Of a stretch of 63,347 bases of DNA, positions 15,839 to 26,313 are shown piece by piece (positions within the stretch are counted from its first letter, which is position 1; each line of letters begins with the position of its first letter). This DNA comes from a virus (lineage: Duplodnaviria; Caudoviricetes): the IMG/VR virus record IMGVR_UViG_3300020161_002487, positions 1 through 63,347 of that record, one strand, 5' to 3'. The position numbers were made by a program, and so were the translations under genes. The notes beneath the pieces are model-generated. The model did no database searches. It was not told where the DNA came from and was given only the letters and a program-made list of their open reading frames with translations.

Positions 15839-16732
15839 ATGAAAAGTTTAGTTACTGGCGGAGCAGGATTTATTGGATCTAATCTTGTAGATAGGTTACT
15901 GGAATTGGGACACGAAGTTATCGTAATAGATAATGAGTATTCTGATGTACATGAGAGTTTTTATTGGAATTCTAAGACAAAAAATTATAAATTAGATATT
16001 CGTGATTATGAAAAAACTCGGCCACTGTATGACGGAGTTGATTATGTATTTCATTTTGCGGCAGAGGCACGAATTCAACCGGCAATTTTGAATCCTATTG
16101 AGGCAGTAAGTATTAATGCACTTGGTACTTGTACCGTCCTTCAATGTTCAAGAGAAGCCGGAGTAAAAAGAGTCATGTATTCCTCTACTTCTTCTGCATA
16201 TGGTATGAATGATTCTCCAAACGTAGAAACTCAATATGAAGATTGCTTAAATCCATATTCTGTATCTAAAGTTTCTGGGGAAAAACTTTGTAAAATGTAT
16301 ACGAATTTGTATGATTTGCCTACTGTAGTTTTCAGATATTTTAATGTATATGGAGAAAAGCAACCATTGAGGGGTCAATATGCTCCGGTAATTGGAATTT
16401 TTCTACGTCAACGTTTTAATAATCAACAACTGACTATTGTTGGTGATGGTGAACAAAGAAGAGATTTTACTTATGTTGGGGATGTTTGTCAAGCAAATAT
16501 TCTTGCGGCAATAACTGAAGTTGATTCTTCTGCTTTTGGTCAAGTCTATAATGTTGGAACTGGAAAAAATTATTCTGTAAATGAAGTCGCAAAAATGATT
16601 TCCGATAATACCATAAATATTCCACCTAGATTAGGTGAAGCCAGAATAAGCTTAGCGAACAATCAAAAACTTCGCACTACTTTTGGCTGGGAACCAAAAA
16701 TGCAATTAGAAGACTGGATTAAAATGCAATGA
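15839..16732 (+). CDS. NAD-dependent nucleotide-sugar epimerase/dehydratase
   Basis: VTGGAGFIGS, YSVSK, RYFNVYG motifs. Confidence 0.92.
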   Translation: MKSLVTGGAGFIGSNLVDRLLELGHEVIVIDNEYSDVHESFYWNSKTKNYKLDIRDYEKTRPLYDGVDYVFHFAAEARIQPAILNPIEAVSINALGTCTVLQCSREAGVKRVMYSSTSSAYGMNDSPNVETQYEDCLNPYSVSKVSGEKLCKMYTNLYDLPTVVFRYFNVYGEKQPLRGQYAPVIGIFLRQRFNNQQLTIVGDGEQRRDFTYVGDVCQANILAAITEVDSSAFGQVYNVGTGKNYSVNEVAKMISDNTINIPPRLGEARISLANNQKLRTTFGWEPKMQLEDWIKMQ

Positions 16733-16736
16733 TATT

Positions 16737-17495
16737 ATGATTCATATTTTTACAACGGTAGTAAATAGACCAGATTTTGTTTCACTTCAGAGTAAATTAT
16801 TTGATAAATTTTTAGGAGATTCATATCAATTTCATGTTGTAGATGATTCTATAGATGATGAAATGACAGAGCAGTTTAAAAATATTTGTTCAGATAATAA
16901 CATAAAATACTACAGAAAACCGATAAGGTTTGTGGGAGCTGATGCGGCAAAAGCATGTGCAGTTGCCATACAATGGACATTCGACGAAATACTAAAGAAA
17001 AATCATCAAAATGACATTGTATTTTTATGTGACTCTGATATGTTTTTAGTTGACAATTTTAATATATCGGATTATATGAAAGATTCCATTATTGCTGGGT
17101 TACCACAATATAGGGATCATGTAAAATACATCTGGAATGGTATAATGTTTTTTGACATGAAAAAGATAATTGAATTGGATGAGAATTTAAATTTTGATTG
17201 CGGTATTGTAGATGGTATTCTAACAGACGTTGGTGGATATACTTATTATTATTTTAAAAAAAATAATATTGAAATGAAAGAAACAGATGTTGAGTATCCG
17301 ACTCATTTTAATGATATTGAGTTGCAGAATCAAGAAGTGACCAGAGGATATAATTTTGAATTGCATCTAACTGGAAAGTTTCTTCATTATCGTGCAGCAA
17401 CAAATTGGCATACAAATTGGAGAGGTAACAATGACCCTCTAATTAAAAAAACAGAAATATTTAATTCAATAATGAAAAATATTCTTGGGGAATGA
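16737..17495 (+). CDS. Probable GT-A fold glycosyltransferase
   Basis: VVDDS and CDSDMF (DXD) motifs; island context. Confidence 0.55.
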   Translation: MIHIFTTVVNRPDFVSLQSKLFDKFLGDSYQFHVVDDSIDDEMTEQFKNICSDNNIKYYRKPIRFVGADAAKACAVAIQWTFDEILKKNHQNDIVFLCDSDMFLVDNFNISDYMKDSIIAGLPQYRDHVKYIWNGIMFFDMKKIIELDENLNFDCGIVDGILTDVGGYTYYYFKKNNIEMKETDVEYPTHFNDIELQNQEVTRGYNFELHLTGKFLHYRAATNWHTNWRGNNDPLIKKTEIFNSIMKNILGE

Positions 17496-18295
17496 TGGAT
17501 AATAATAAATCTATATACAAGTTAAAAAATTTTGGTCCCTTATACTATATTAATCTAGATGGTCAACCAGAAAGAAAAAAATATATGGAAGATCAATTTA
17601 AATATTGGGAAATAGAAGATTATACTCGTATTTCCGCATATGACGGAAGACAGGATGATCTCAGCGACATCATAAAGGGTTCGTATCCGTCTGATGTTAC
17701 TTCGGGTGAAATTGGATGTATTACTAGCCACTTAAAAGCAATTTATCATTGGTATACAACATCTAATACTCCATATTCTATTATTATGGAAGATGATTGC
17801 AACATAGATATTGCAAGATATTGGAATTTTACTTGGCAAGATTTTATTGCCCGTGCTCCGTATGCATGGGATGTAATTCAATTAGCAATTATATCAACTG
17901 GTGATATTAGTGTTCCAATTCATAATAGATTTGTGAATAACTTTTCCACTGCTTGTTATGTCATAACAAGACATCATGCAAAAAAATTAATAGATTTGCA
18001 TATTTCAGATGATAATAGATATAAATTGGATGTTGGAGTAAAACCAAGATGTGTTGCTGACGATGCGATCTACAATTCTGGAGTTACTTATTCTGTACCA
18101 TTATTTCTTTATAGTTTAAATCTTGGATCTAGTATTCATCCAGAACACATCAATGCTTTTCATAAGAATAGTCACGATGGAATTTTAAACTTCTGGCAAC
18201 AAATGGGATCTCAAATTTCACTAGAAGCAATCACAGCATATAACCCGTATCATGGTAGAGTTTCTGAACCGTCTGGGGTTCAAGATAAATCTTGA
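17492..18295 (+). CDS. Glycosyltransferase family 25
   Basis: YINLD, GEIGCITSH, IMEDD motifs. Confidence 0.85.
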   Translation: MMDNNKSIYKLKNFGPLYYINLDGQPERKKYMEDQFKYWEIEDYTRISAYDGRQDDLSDIIKGSYPSDVTSGEIGCITSHLKAIYHWYTTSNTPYSIIMEDDCNIDIARYWNFTWQDFIARAPYAWDVIQLAIISTGDISVPIHNRFVNNFSTACYVITRHHAKKLIDLHISDDNRYKLDVGVKPRCVADDAIYNSGVTYSVPLFLYSLNLGSSIHPEHINAFHKNSHDGILNFWQQMGSQISLEAITAYNPYHGRVSEPSGVQDKS

Positions 18296-18342
18296 CACGG
18301 AACCAAACCTATGCTATTATACTTATGTCGTTGGAGGAAAAA

Positions 18343-18552
18343 ATGACAGTCACAAAAAATGAACAGGGACAACTGAATATGTTTGCAAAAGAACCAGAAA
18401 TGTACATCACTGATCAAGATATGCTCAGGTATCACACAATGAATCACAATCAATTTGCAGAAATTTTAAATTCTCGTATGGCAATGCTTGGGATTGTTTC
18501 TGCTATCGTATCATATGCCATGACGGGTAAACTTTTCTTTGGTGTACTATGA
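18343..18552 (+). CDS. hli: High-light-inducible protein
   Basis: NMFAKEP and AEILNSRMAMLG...TGKLFFG; GGAGG RBS before ATG 18343. Confidence 0.88.
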   Translation: MTVTKNEQGQLNMFAKEPEMYITDQDMLRYHTMNHNQFAEILNSRMAMLGIVSAIVSYAMTGKLFFGVL

Positions 18553-18646
18553 TTAAAGATTCAATTTATAATATTCCTCTGTTTATTATATTTGTATCTT
18601 TTTGTTTATTTTATCTTTACGTTTTACCTACGAGGAACAAATCAAA

Positions 18647-18769
18647 ATGAAAAAAATTGGATGGACTGAATATAGCGAAAAGCTAAATGGAAGAATCTGT
18701 ATGATTGCCCTTCCTATTATGGTAATTGTTTATTTTTCAACCGGCAGCCTAATTCCAGGAGTTTGGTGA
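18647..18769 (+). CDS. hli: High-light-inducible protein, short form (not in ORF track)
   Basis: MKKIGWTEYSEKLNGRICMIAL...TGSLIPGVW. Confidence 0.85.
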   Translation: MKKIGWTEYSEKLNGRICMIALPIMVIVYFSTGSLIPGVW

Positions 18770-18770
18770 A

Positions 18771-18860
18771 ATGGTAACTGAAATCGTCTTTACTGTAACT
18801 GGAATTACTCTATTGGTAATTCTTGGGTATGCTATCGAACAACTAGCAAAAACATACTGA
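18771..18860 (+). CDS. 29-aa hydrophobic peptide (not in ORF track)
   Basis: MVTEIVFTVTGITLLVILGYAIEQLAKTY directly after hli. Confidence 0.5.
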   Translation: MVTEIVFTVTGITLLVILGYAIEQLAKTY

Positions 18861-18907
18861 TGAGTTAATAGATCTTTGAATAAATAATATCAGTCGTTGT
18901 TATTATT

Positions 18908-19606
18908 ATGTCAATAGATCTACACAACTTTTTTCTAAATTATGATCCAAAAAATCCAAAGCATGTTGCTGCGGTTGCCCAATTCGAACAAGATCTTCTT
19001 CATAAGTCACCAGATTTATTGGAAGATTTTGCAAACTGGGTAAGAATTTTTAGGACAAAAATAGAAGAACCAAAAGCTTCAATTTTAAATGTTCCTTATT
19101 ATCCACAAACTGATAATTATAGGGATGCAAATCGTACTTGTAATAGTTCATCATGTGCTATGTGTCTTGAGTTTTTAAAACCAGGAACTCTTAAGGGAGC
19201 AAAAGGAGACGATGCATATGTACAAAAAGTATTTGCAATCGGTGACTCCACCGATCATGAAGTCCAAACAAAAGTTCTCGCTTCATATGGAGTTAAATCT
19301 ACTTTCAGTTATACTCTTTCTTTTTCTGATTTGGATAGAGAGCTTGCTGCGGGAAGGCCAGTTGTAATAGGAATTTTACATAGAGGAACATTACAAAATC
19401 CAACCGGAGGACACATGATTGTCTGTATTGGAAAATCGCCAGATGGAAAATCTTACGTTATAAATGATCCCTATGGTAGTTTAAATGACGGATATTCTGG
19501 TCCAGTTACAAACGGAAAAGGTGTTTTATATTCCAAAGAAGTTCTAACTTATCGTTGGTTAGAAAGGGGAAAAGACAAAACTGGTTGGGGAAGAATTTTT
19601 AGTTGA
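18908..19606 (+). CDS. C39-like cysteine peptidase, possible endolysin
   Basis: VPYYPQTDN, CNSSSCAM, GGHMIV, INDPYG motifs. Confidence 0.8.
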   Translation: MSIDLHNFFLNYDPKNPKHVAAVAQFEQDLLHKSPDLLEDFANWVRIFRTKIEEPKASILNVPYYPQTDNYRDANRTCNSSSCAMCLEFLKPGTLKGAKGDDAYVQKVFAIGDSTDHEVQTKVLASYGVKSTFSYTLSFSDLDRELAAGRPVVIGILHRGTLQNPTGGHMIVCIGKSPDGKSYVINDPYGSLNDGYSGPVTNGKGVLYSKEVLTYRWLERGKDKTGWGRIFS

Positions 19607-19615
19607 TATTGGAGT

Positions 19616-19879
19616 TTATTCTTTAAGGTTTGTTTTCAATGCAATTATAGTAGTAAGTACTGCTAATAATGTTTCATATCCTTTTCTTTCAGATTCTTTG
19701 CAATCCAATTGAGGAGGATTTTTTAATATTCCCAATGAACTTGCGGAATTAATTGATCCAGGTAGCATAAAGTTGCAGCCGAAAAATGTTATTCCGACAT
19801 AACCAATGATGGAAAAACAAATTGCAGCAATTAATTGATTGAATCCAAATTTGGACTTGTTTTCTTTTTCTTCTTGCAT
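19616..19879 (-). CDS. Small two-TM membrane protein
   Basis: Two hydrophobic segments. Confidence 0.6.
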   Translation of the reverse strand: MQEEKENKSKFGFNQLIAAICFSIIGYVGITFFGCNFMLPGSINSASSLGILKNPPQLDCKESERKGYETLLAVLTTIIALKTNLKE

Positions 19880-19880
19880 T

Positions 19881-20093
19881 TTATTTTAGTGAATTGTTCT
19901 TTGATTCTAACTCTTTTGAATGTATCCATCGTTTGAGGTCAGATACATATTTTCTCAATATCACTGCTTGATCTCGATGCCAACTATTTCCAGTAGTTAG
20001 CCATAAATTATTATGATTATCGATTGCTTTTAGTATTTGATGGATGGGAGCATTCCATTCTTTTCTTTCGTCCGTATTCCATTCCCTTGGCAT
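19881..20093 (-). CDS. Hypothetical protein
   Basis: 70-aa ORF; CATAAATA upstream on minus strand. Confidence 0.65.
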   Translation of the reverse strand: MPREWNTDERKEWNAPIHQILKAIDNHNNLWLTTGNSWHRDQAVILRKYVSDLKRWIHSKELESKNNSLK

Positions 20094-20501
20094 TTGTCTG
20101 ACGAATTAATTGTATATAATTTTATTTATGAAAAAGTAACACAAATGGCATAAGGTTAAATAGTGAGTATTTATAAAAATAAAATGGATACTCATACTTA
20201 CAATAATTGGGTAAAGATCAAAGAAACCTTTGAGGCTTCTGGAAATACAAATAATATGTTTTATAAAAGAGCATGTGAGATAGTAAAGACAAAAAGAGAT
20301 CCATTAGAAAAATTTCTTAATGATTACAAATGACAACTGAAGAAATACAAAAAATGATCGATGATTCTATTGCAAAAGCGATAGATCATCATAATAAAAC
20401 TGCATCTTTAATTAGTTTTATTATTGGCTCAATACTTTTATTTTTTTATGCACATGGCGTGATTGCGTTGGTTTATAGGTTAAAAATGTAGGAGATTTTT
20501 T

Positions 20502-21521
20502 ATGAATGTTGGTATTATTGGTTTAGGTAGAATGGGCGAAGGAATGTCTCGTAGACTTCTTAGAGCTGATATTCAAGTCTGGGGGTATAGAAGGGATTAC
20601 GAAAAAACAAAAATTGCATATAATAATGGTTATATTTCTGGTGCAGCAAAATCACTAGAAGATCTAGTATCACAAGTTAAGTATGATGGACAGAGAGGAG
20701 TTTTCCTTCTAGTTGTTCCTGCCGCAACAGTAGACAAAACAATCAATGATCTTGTACCACTATTAAGTCCAGGGGACATTATCATCGATCATGGAAATTC
20801 AAATTTCAAGGACAGTAAAGATAGAGCAAACTATCTCTCTGAATGGGGAATTGAATTTCTTGATTGTGGCACAAGCGGTGGAGTATATGGACTAGAACGT
20901 GGATATTGTCTTATGGTTGGAGGAAACAAATCAACAGTAGATTTCTGTTCTCCCATCTTTGATTCTCTGGCTCCCCTCACTACATCCAGTCCACGTACAG
21001 ATCCTAATTCTGATATTACTCCAGCAGAAAAAGGATGGCTTCATTGTGGACCAGCGGGAGCAGGGCATTTTGTAAAAATGGTTCACAATGGAATTGAATA
21101 TGGAATCATGCAATCTTATGCAGAAGGATTCAATATTCTAAAGGCTGCTAATCTTGGTAAAGAATCGGTTGATAATGATGCTGAAACTGCACCAATGGCA
21201 AATCCGCATTATTATGAATATGATATTGACGTAGCAGAAGTCGCAGAACTTTGGAGGCGTGGAAGTGTGGTTGGATCTTGGTTGCTCGATTTGACTGCCG
21301 CAGTTCTACGAGAAAGTCCAGATCTTGATAATTTCTCTGGTAGTGTTTCGGATAGTGGTGAAGGTAGGTGGACAGTTTCTACTGCTGTGGATCTTGGAGT
21401 TCCCGCACCTTGTATCACTTCATCTTTGTTTGCTCGCTTTGATTCTAGGAATCTTAATACATTTGCAAATAAGATTCTTTCTGGTATGAGGTACATGTTT
21501 GGTGGTCACCATGAAAAATAA
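20502..21521 (+). CDS. gnd: 6-phosphogluconate dehydrogenase (short form)
   Basis: GLGRMG, DCGTSGG, KMVHNGIEYG, DSGEGRW, FGGH. Confidence 0.96.
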   Translation: MNVGIIGLGRMGEGMSRRLLRADIQVWGYRRDYEKTKIAYNNGYISGAAKSLEDLVSQVKYDGQRGVFLLVVPAATVDKTINDLVPLLSPGDIIIDHGNSNFKDSKDRANYLSEWGIEFLDCGTSGGVYGLERGYCLMVGGNKSTVDFCSPIFDSLAPLTTSSPRTDPNSDITPAEKGWLHCGPAGAGHFVKMVHNGIEYGIMQSYAEGFNILKAANLGKESVDNDAETAPMANPHYYEYDIDVAEVAELWRRGSVVGSWLLDLTAAVLRESPDLDNFSGSVSDSGEGRWTVSTAVDLGVPAPCITSSLFARFDSRNLNTFANKILSGMRYMFGGHHEK

Positions 21522-22845
21522 ATCGATTGTGATCTTCGGTGCAACCGGAGATCTATGTCGTAGGAAATTAATTCCTGCACTATATGAACTTCACAAAAGA
21601 AATTTGCTTCCTTCTGATTTTAAAATCACTGGAGCATCAAGAACTCAACATACTAAACAAAGTTGGTTGAGTTCATTGAATTTTCATTATTCCAGTGATT
21701 TTGTGAAAAGATTGAATTATGTTGCTTGTGATTTATCAGATTCCGAAAGCCTCAAAAAACTGAATCCAGGTGAAGACGTAACCTTCTTTCTTTCTGTTCC
21801 ACCAGATAGATATGGAGATGCAGTTTTAAGTTTAAAATCTACTGGCTTTATGGATGATCCAAAAACCAGTAGAGTCATTATCGAAAAACCTTTTGGTTAT
21901 GATTTTCAATCCGCAGAAAAACTACAAAAGATTGTTTCCGAAAATCTCCGTGAAAATCAAGTTTACCGGATTGATCACTATCTGGGAAAAGATACAGTTA
22001 ACAATATTCTTGCGACGAGATTTAGTAATATTCTTCTCGAACCTCTTTGGAATCGTGATTATGTAGAAGAAGTGCAGATTTTTGCAACTGAGACTATTGG
22101 TTGTGAGGGGAGAGCACAATATTATGAAACGGCAGGTGCTGTTCGTGATATGTTACAGAATCATATGCTTCAGCTACTTGCTCTAATTGCAATGGAAGCA
22201 CCATGCAAGAATAATGCAAAGGAAATTCGTAGAGAAAAAGTTAAAGTTCTTTCTGCCGCACGACTGGGAGATAAACTGGTTTGTGGTCAATATGATGGAT
22301 ATAAGTCAGAACCGGGAGTAGGTGCAGAATCACAAACACCAACTTTTGTTGCTGGCGATATTTACATTGACAACTGGAGATGGAAAGGTGTTCCTTTTTA
22401 CTTTATGACTGGTAAGAAACTTCCTGTTGGTTGTGTTGAAGTAGTCATTAAACTTAAGGCACCTCCATTGAATTTATTTGATGGGCATAAGTGCAATGAC
22501 CGCATTGTGATGAGATTTCAACCAGATCCTCATTTTGATATTCAAATTGACATCAAAGCACCTGGATTGGATGATAGAATTGAAACTGCAATTCTGAAGC
22601 ACAATTACCCAGAAGGGTATATTGATGGCTACGTAAAACTCTTTTATGATGCCATCAACCAAGATCAATCACACTTTGTTCATTCAGAAGAGGTATTGGA
22701 ATCTTGGAGAATTGTGGATGATTTGCTTTGTGTAGGAAATTCTTGCCCAATCAATACGAAGCCACATAATTATTCTGGAACTTGGGGACCAGAAAAAATA
22801 GTTGATAGTATAACAAAATGGGATTATCCATTAAAACTTGTATAG
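21511..22845 (+). CDS. zwf: Glucose-6-phosphate 1-dehydrogenase
   Basis: IFGATGDL, EKPFG, RIDHYLGK, RDMLQNH. Confidence 0.97.
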   Translation: MKNKSIVIFGATGDLCRRKLIPALYELHKRNLLPSDFKITGASRTQHTKQSWLSSLNFHYSSDFVKRLNYVACDLSDSESLKKLNPGEDVTFFLSVPPDRYGDAVLSLKSTGFMDDPKTSRVIIEKPFGYDFQSAEKLQKIVSENLRENQVYRIDHYLGKDTVNNILATRFSNILLEPLWNRDYVEEVQIFATETIGCEGRAQYYETAGAVRDMLQNHMLQLLALIAMEAPCKNNAKEIRREKVKVLSAARLGDKLVCGQYDGYKSEPGVGAESQTPTFVAGDIYIDNWRWKGVPFYFMTGKKLPVGCVEVVIKLKAPPLNLFDGHKCNDRIVMRFQPDPHFDIQIDIKAPGLDDRIETAILKHNYPEGYIDGYVKLFYDAINQDQSHFVHSEEVLESWRIVDDLLCVGNSCPINTKPHNYSGTWGPEKIVDSITKWDYPLKLV

Positions 22846-22854
22846 GAGAAATAT

Positions 22855-23502
22855 ATGAAAATCTTTTTAGACACAGCAGATGTCGATCAAATCAAATCTG
22901 CATACGATACTTCGTTAATTGATGGCGTAACTACAAACCCAACAATTATTCTTAGAAGCGGAAGACAACTCAAAGAAGTCATCACAGAAATCTCAGATTC
23001 ATTTCCATTACTTGAAAGTATCTCTGCTGAAGTAGTTGCGGATACTGCAGAGGAAATGTTGAGGCAGGCAGCAGAATACACAGAAATTCCAAATGTAACC
23101 ATAAAAGTTCCGTGTACTCCAGAGGGATTGAAAGTTTGTAAGGAGCTTTCTTTGGTTGGTATTAAAACTAACGTGACTTTGGTATTTACTGTGGCTCAGG
23201 CTATTCTTGCATCGAAAGCGGGTGCAACTTATGTCTCACCTTTTGTTGGTCGCTGGATGGATCAATCAATTGATGGTATCGAATTGATTAAAAACATTCG
23301 TAAAGTTTATGATCATGCATTCTCCGAAACTGAAATTCTTGCCGCATCTATTCGTGATGTGAGACAAGTCGAGCAGTGCATTCTTGCCGGTGCTGATGTG
23401 GTTACAATTCCACCAGTAGTATTCTTCGGAATGTATAAGAATGTTATGACAGAAAAAGGATTGGAGCAATTCAATAAAGATTGGGCTTCTGTAAATAAAT
23501 AA
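22855..23502 (+). CDS. talC: Transaldolase (TalC/FSA family)
   Basis: FLDTAD, GVTTNP, IKVP, YVSPFVGR, LAASIR. Confidence 0.96.
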   Translation: MKIFLDTADVDQIKSAYDTSLIDGVTTNPTIILRSGRQLKEVITEISDSFPLLESISAEVVADTAEEMLRQAAEYTEIPNVTIKVPCTPEGLKVCKELSLVGIKTNVTLVFTVAQAILASKAGATYVSPFVGRWMDQSIDGIELIKNIRKVYDHAFSETEILAASIRDVRQVEQCILAGADVVTIPPVVFFGMYKNVMTEKGLEQFNKDWASVNK

Positions 23503-23509
23503 TCAATTG

Positions 23510-23540
23510 CTCCCTTCGGGGAGTTTTTTTTTTATAAATA
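23510..23540 (+). terminator. Intrinsic terminator immediately followed by late promoter TATAAATA (23533)
   Basis: CTCCC-TTCG-GGGAG then T run. Confidence 0.85.
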
Positions 23541-23857
23541 ATAGAAAAAGTAATAATTACTATGTACAATTTACAAGAAGCATATTTGGGTGTTTATTAT
23601 GATCTTGATGAGGCGGAGAAGGTATTTCCATATGGCAAAGTTGGAGATAAATTGAGATCACTCCATAGCAAAAGACAAGAAGCAAAAACCCCAGAAGAAG
23701 AAAATAGAATTGCTAACAGGCAAAAAAAAATTAATAAAGAATATAATGTTCCCATGGAACAACTAGATCTCTACGATCTAATCTTCGACTATCTTCTCGA
23801 TGAAGGCTATGCTGATACCGAAGAATCAGCAACCGTAATTATGGCGAACATGAGCGA
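23534..23857 (+). repeat. Two dispersed near-identical blocks (23534-23611 = 26286-26363; 23757-23857 = 26611-26711)
   Basis: Direct comparison: 2 mismatches in 78 nt and about 5 in 101 nt; intervening segments unrelated. Confidence 0.9.
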
Positions 23858-24095
23858 AGAGTGGGTCGATAGTATTGCAGATGCATATGTTCCTTATGAG
23901 GGAAAGCCCCAAGAAAACGTAAGAAGAAAACAAGATAAACTTGCAGATAGATGGGGCCAGCCCGGAGTAGAAAATAGATTCCATAAGATGGGAAAAGTTG
24001 ATTCTGAAATGTCAAACCCAGATAAGGCAAAATATCGTAAAGCAATAAATAGACTACGAGATACCGCAGTTCAGAGAAGAGGATCAAATCCATAA
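23562..24095 (+). CDS. Modular late protein, paralog of 26314; putative internal head protein
   Basis: MYNLQEAY and DLYDLIFDYLLDEGYADTEESATVIMANMSEEW blocks. Confidence 0.8.
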   Translation: MYNLQEAYLGVYYDLDEAEKVFPYGKVGDKLRSLHSKRQEAKTPEEENRIANRQKKINKEYNVPMEQLDLYDLIFDYLLDEGYADTEESATVIMANMSEEWVDSIADAYVPYEGKPQENVRRKQDKLADRWGQPGVENRFHKMGKVDSEMSNPDKAKYRKAINRLRDTAVQRRGSNP

Positions 24096-24101
24096 TATAA
24101 C

Positions 24102-24128
24102 GGGGGCAATTAACTGCCCCCCTTTTTT
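24102..24128 (+). terminator. Intrinsic terminator
   Basis: GGGGGCA...TGCCCCC then T run. Confidence 0.8.
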
Positions 24129-24186
24129 ATGTTTCTTTACTTTAAATTTTCATAAATAATAAAAAGTAATACTCGTGATATTATAA

Positions 24187-25023
24187 GTGTCTATCGAAAA
24201 GTCAAAAAAAATCATAAACGAGGAAATAATTAATCAGGATCTATCTGATTTTTTTAAATTATTATCTCAAGAAAAACGCAGAAAAAAAGAAGAAATTGAT
24301 TCCATTATTGGGGACTTACAATTGGAATCTGTATTTGATGAAGTCAGTAATATCAAGAGACAGACAAAAAGAAAGAAAAAAATACCAGAACCACTTAATA
24401 TAATACAGGAAGAAATAATAACTCAAAAGAATGAACTCATTGAAAAATCTTTAGGTCTTCTTGCTGAACCATCAGATGTCAAACAACAAAATGACCCATT
24501 GACTCCATTGGATCAGAAGTTTGCAACTCACGAAGATTTACAGAAGCACTATACTTTATTTCTTTCTCGCATTCAACAACAACTTTCCACTCTTGGTGGT
24601 GGAGGCGAAACTCGTCTTGAGTTCTTAGATGATGTTGATAGAAATTCTGTTAAGGTAAATAATAAATTTTTAAAATATAATGCAGCAATTGGAAAATGGG
24701 TTGGTTCTAATGCTGGAGGAGGTGGTCCAGTCTCTTATGCCACGACTTATATAACTTCATCATCATATACGATTACGCAAAATGACTATTATATTGGAGT
24801 TAATTATCCAGGAGCAGTTACAATCACTCTTCCGAATGGTATTGATGATGGTTCATGTTACATAGTAAAAGATGAACTTGGACAAGCATCCAAGGGAACG
24901 AATAGATATATAACAATACTTCCATCTGGATCTGATCTGATTGATGGTAGAGATAGAGCAATTCTTGCTTTTGATTATGGTTCACTTACTTTTGTTTATA
25001 GAAACGGTTGGAGGGTAGTCTAA
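24187..25023 (+). CDS. Probable virion structural/fibre-associated protein
   Basis: CATAAATA upstream; coiled N-terminus, GGGGETRLEFLDDVD, beta-rich C-terminus. Confidence 0.65.
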   Translation: MSIEKSKKIINEEIINQDLSDFFKLLSQEKRRKKEEIDSIIGDLQLESVFDEVSNIKRQTKRKKKIPEPLNIIQEEIITQKNELIEKSLGLLAEPSDVKQQNDPLTPLDQKFATHEDLQKHYTLFLSRIQQQLSTLGGGGETRLEFLDDVDRNSVKVNNKFLKYNAAIGKWVGSNAGGGGPVSYATTYITSSSYTITQNDYYIGVNYPGAVTITLPNGIDDGSCYIVKDELGQASKGTNRYITILPSGSDLIDGRDRAILAFDYGSLTFVYRNGWRVV

Positions 25024-26243
25024 TGTCACATTTATATCAACCAAGTTTAGACCAACATGATGCATTTGGTCGTTTAAGAATTTCACAACCTCTTACACTT
25101 TTTGATTCGTCTCACAGATATAGAGATAATAATCTGTGGAATAGTTTGATTGTGGGAACAGGATCAACGGTTGGATTTGTAACGACACAAGGATTAGTGC
25201 AGATTGGTATTGGAACTACTGCTGGTTGTTCTGTTATTAGGGAAACAACAAAGGTATTCTCATACCAGCCAGGAAAATCTCTGGAAGTGATGAATACCTT
25301 TGTAATGAATCCACAAAAGACAAATCTGCGTCAGAGAGTTGGATACTTTGGTGCAGATAATGGAATTTATTTTGAGGTTGATGGAAATACAGTTAACTTC
25401 ATTGAAAGAAGTATTGTATCTGGAATGATGTCTGAAACTCATGTTCCACAATCACAATGGCTATACGACAAGATGGACGGAACTGGGCCTTCTGGGTATA
25501 CATTAGATACTTCTCAGGCACAAATCTTCTGGATGGATATTGAGTGGTTGGGAGTCGGAACCGTAAGAGTTGGCTTTGTAATTGACGGACAATTTGTTCA
25601 TTGTCATTCATTCCATCATGCAAATAGAATTCAATCAACTTATATTACTACAGCATCATTACCATTAAGATATGAGATTGCAAATACTGGAATCACAACA
25701 AGTCCAAGTGTTCTTAAACAGATTTGTTCTACTGTAATCTCAGAAGGTGGTTATGAACTTCGTGGATTGCAACAGGCAGCAGCAACGGAAATAGGAACAC
25801 CAGTAGATTTAACAACCGCAGGCACATACTATACACTTGTTTCAATTAGATTAAAAACAACTCCAAATCGTTTGGATGCAATTGTAATTTTGACTGCTCT
25901 TTCTATTATGGGTGTTACTAATAATGCAAACTATAATTGGCAAGTCAGAGCAAGTGGAACTTCTAATGGAGGAACTTGGGTAGATGCTGGTGCTGATAGT
26001 GCAGTTGAATATAAACTTGATGGTGGAACTTATACTGGTGGAAGAGTATTAGCATCTGGTTTTATTAATGGTTCTAATCAGGGTTCTACACCTGTAGATA
26101 TTCTCAAAGAAGCATTATTTAAGTTTCAATTAGAAAGAAATGGATTAACTGGAACTCCTTATGAACTTTCCGTCGTTGCAGCAAGTAATACTAACGGTGC
26201 TGATGTTTTTGCTTCTATGGACTGGGAAGAAGTTAGCAGATAA
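25023..26243 (+). CDS. Probable virion structural protein (beta-rich, G/T/S-rich)
   Basis: Long ORF coupled by TAATG overlap; DAFGRLRISQP N-terminus. Confidence 0.7.
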   Translation: MSHLYQPSLDQHDAFGRLRISQPLTLFDSSHRYRDNNLWNSLIVGTGSTVGFVTTQGLVQIGIGTTAGCSVIRETTKVFSYQPGKSLEVMNTFVMNPQKTNLRQRVGYFGADNGIYFEVDGNTVNFIERSIVSGMMSETHVPQSQWLYDKMDGTGPSGYTLDTSQAQIFWMDIEWLGVGTVRVGFVIDGQFVHCHSFHHANRIQSTYITTASLPLRYEIANTGITTSPSVLKQICSTVISEGGYELRGLQQAAATEIGTPVDLTTAGTYYTLVSIRLKTTPNRLDAIVILTALSIMGVTNNANYNWQVRASGTSNGGTWVDAGADSAVEYKLDGGTYTGGRVLASGFINGSNQGSTPVDILKEALFKFQLERNGLTGTPYELSVVAASNTNGADVFASMDWEEVSR

Positions 26244-26313
26244 TCTCTTGAACTTCCAGATATTGGAGTATGGAGTTTTTTTTACATAAATAATAGAAAA
26301 AGTAATAATTACT

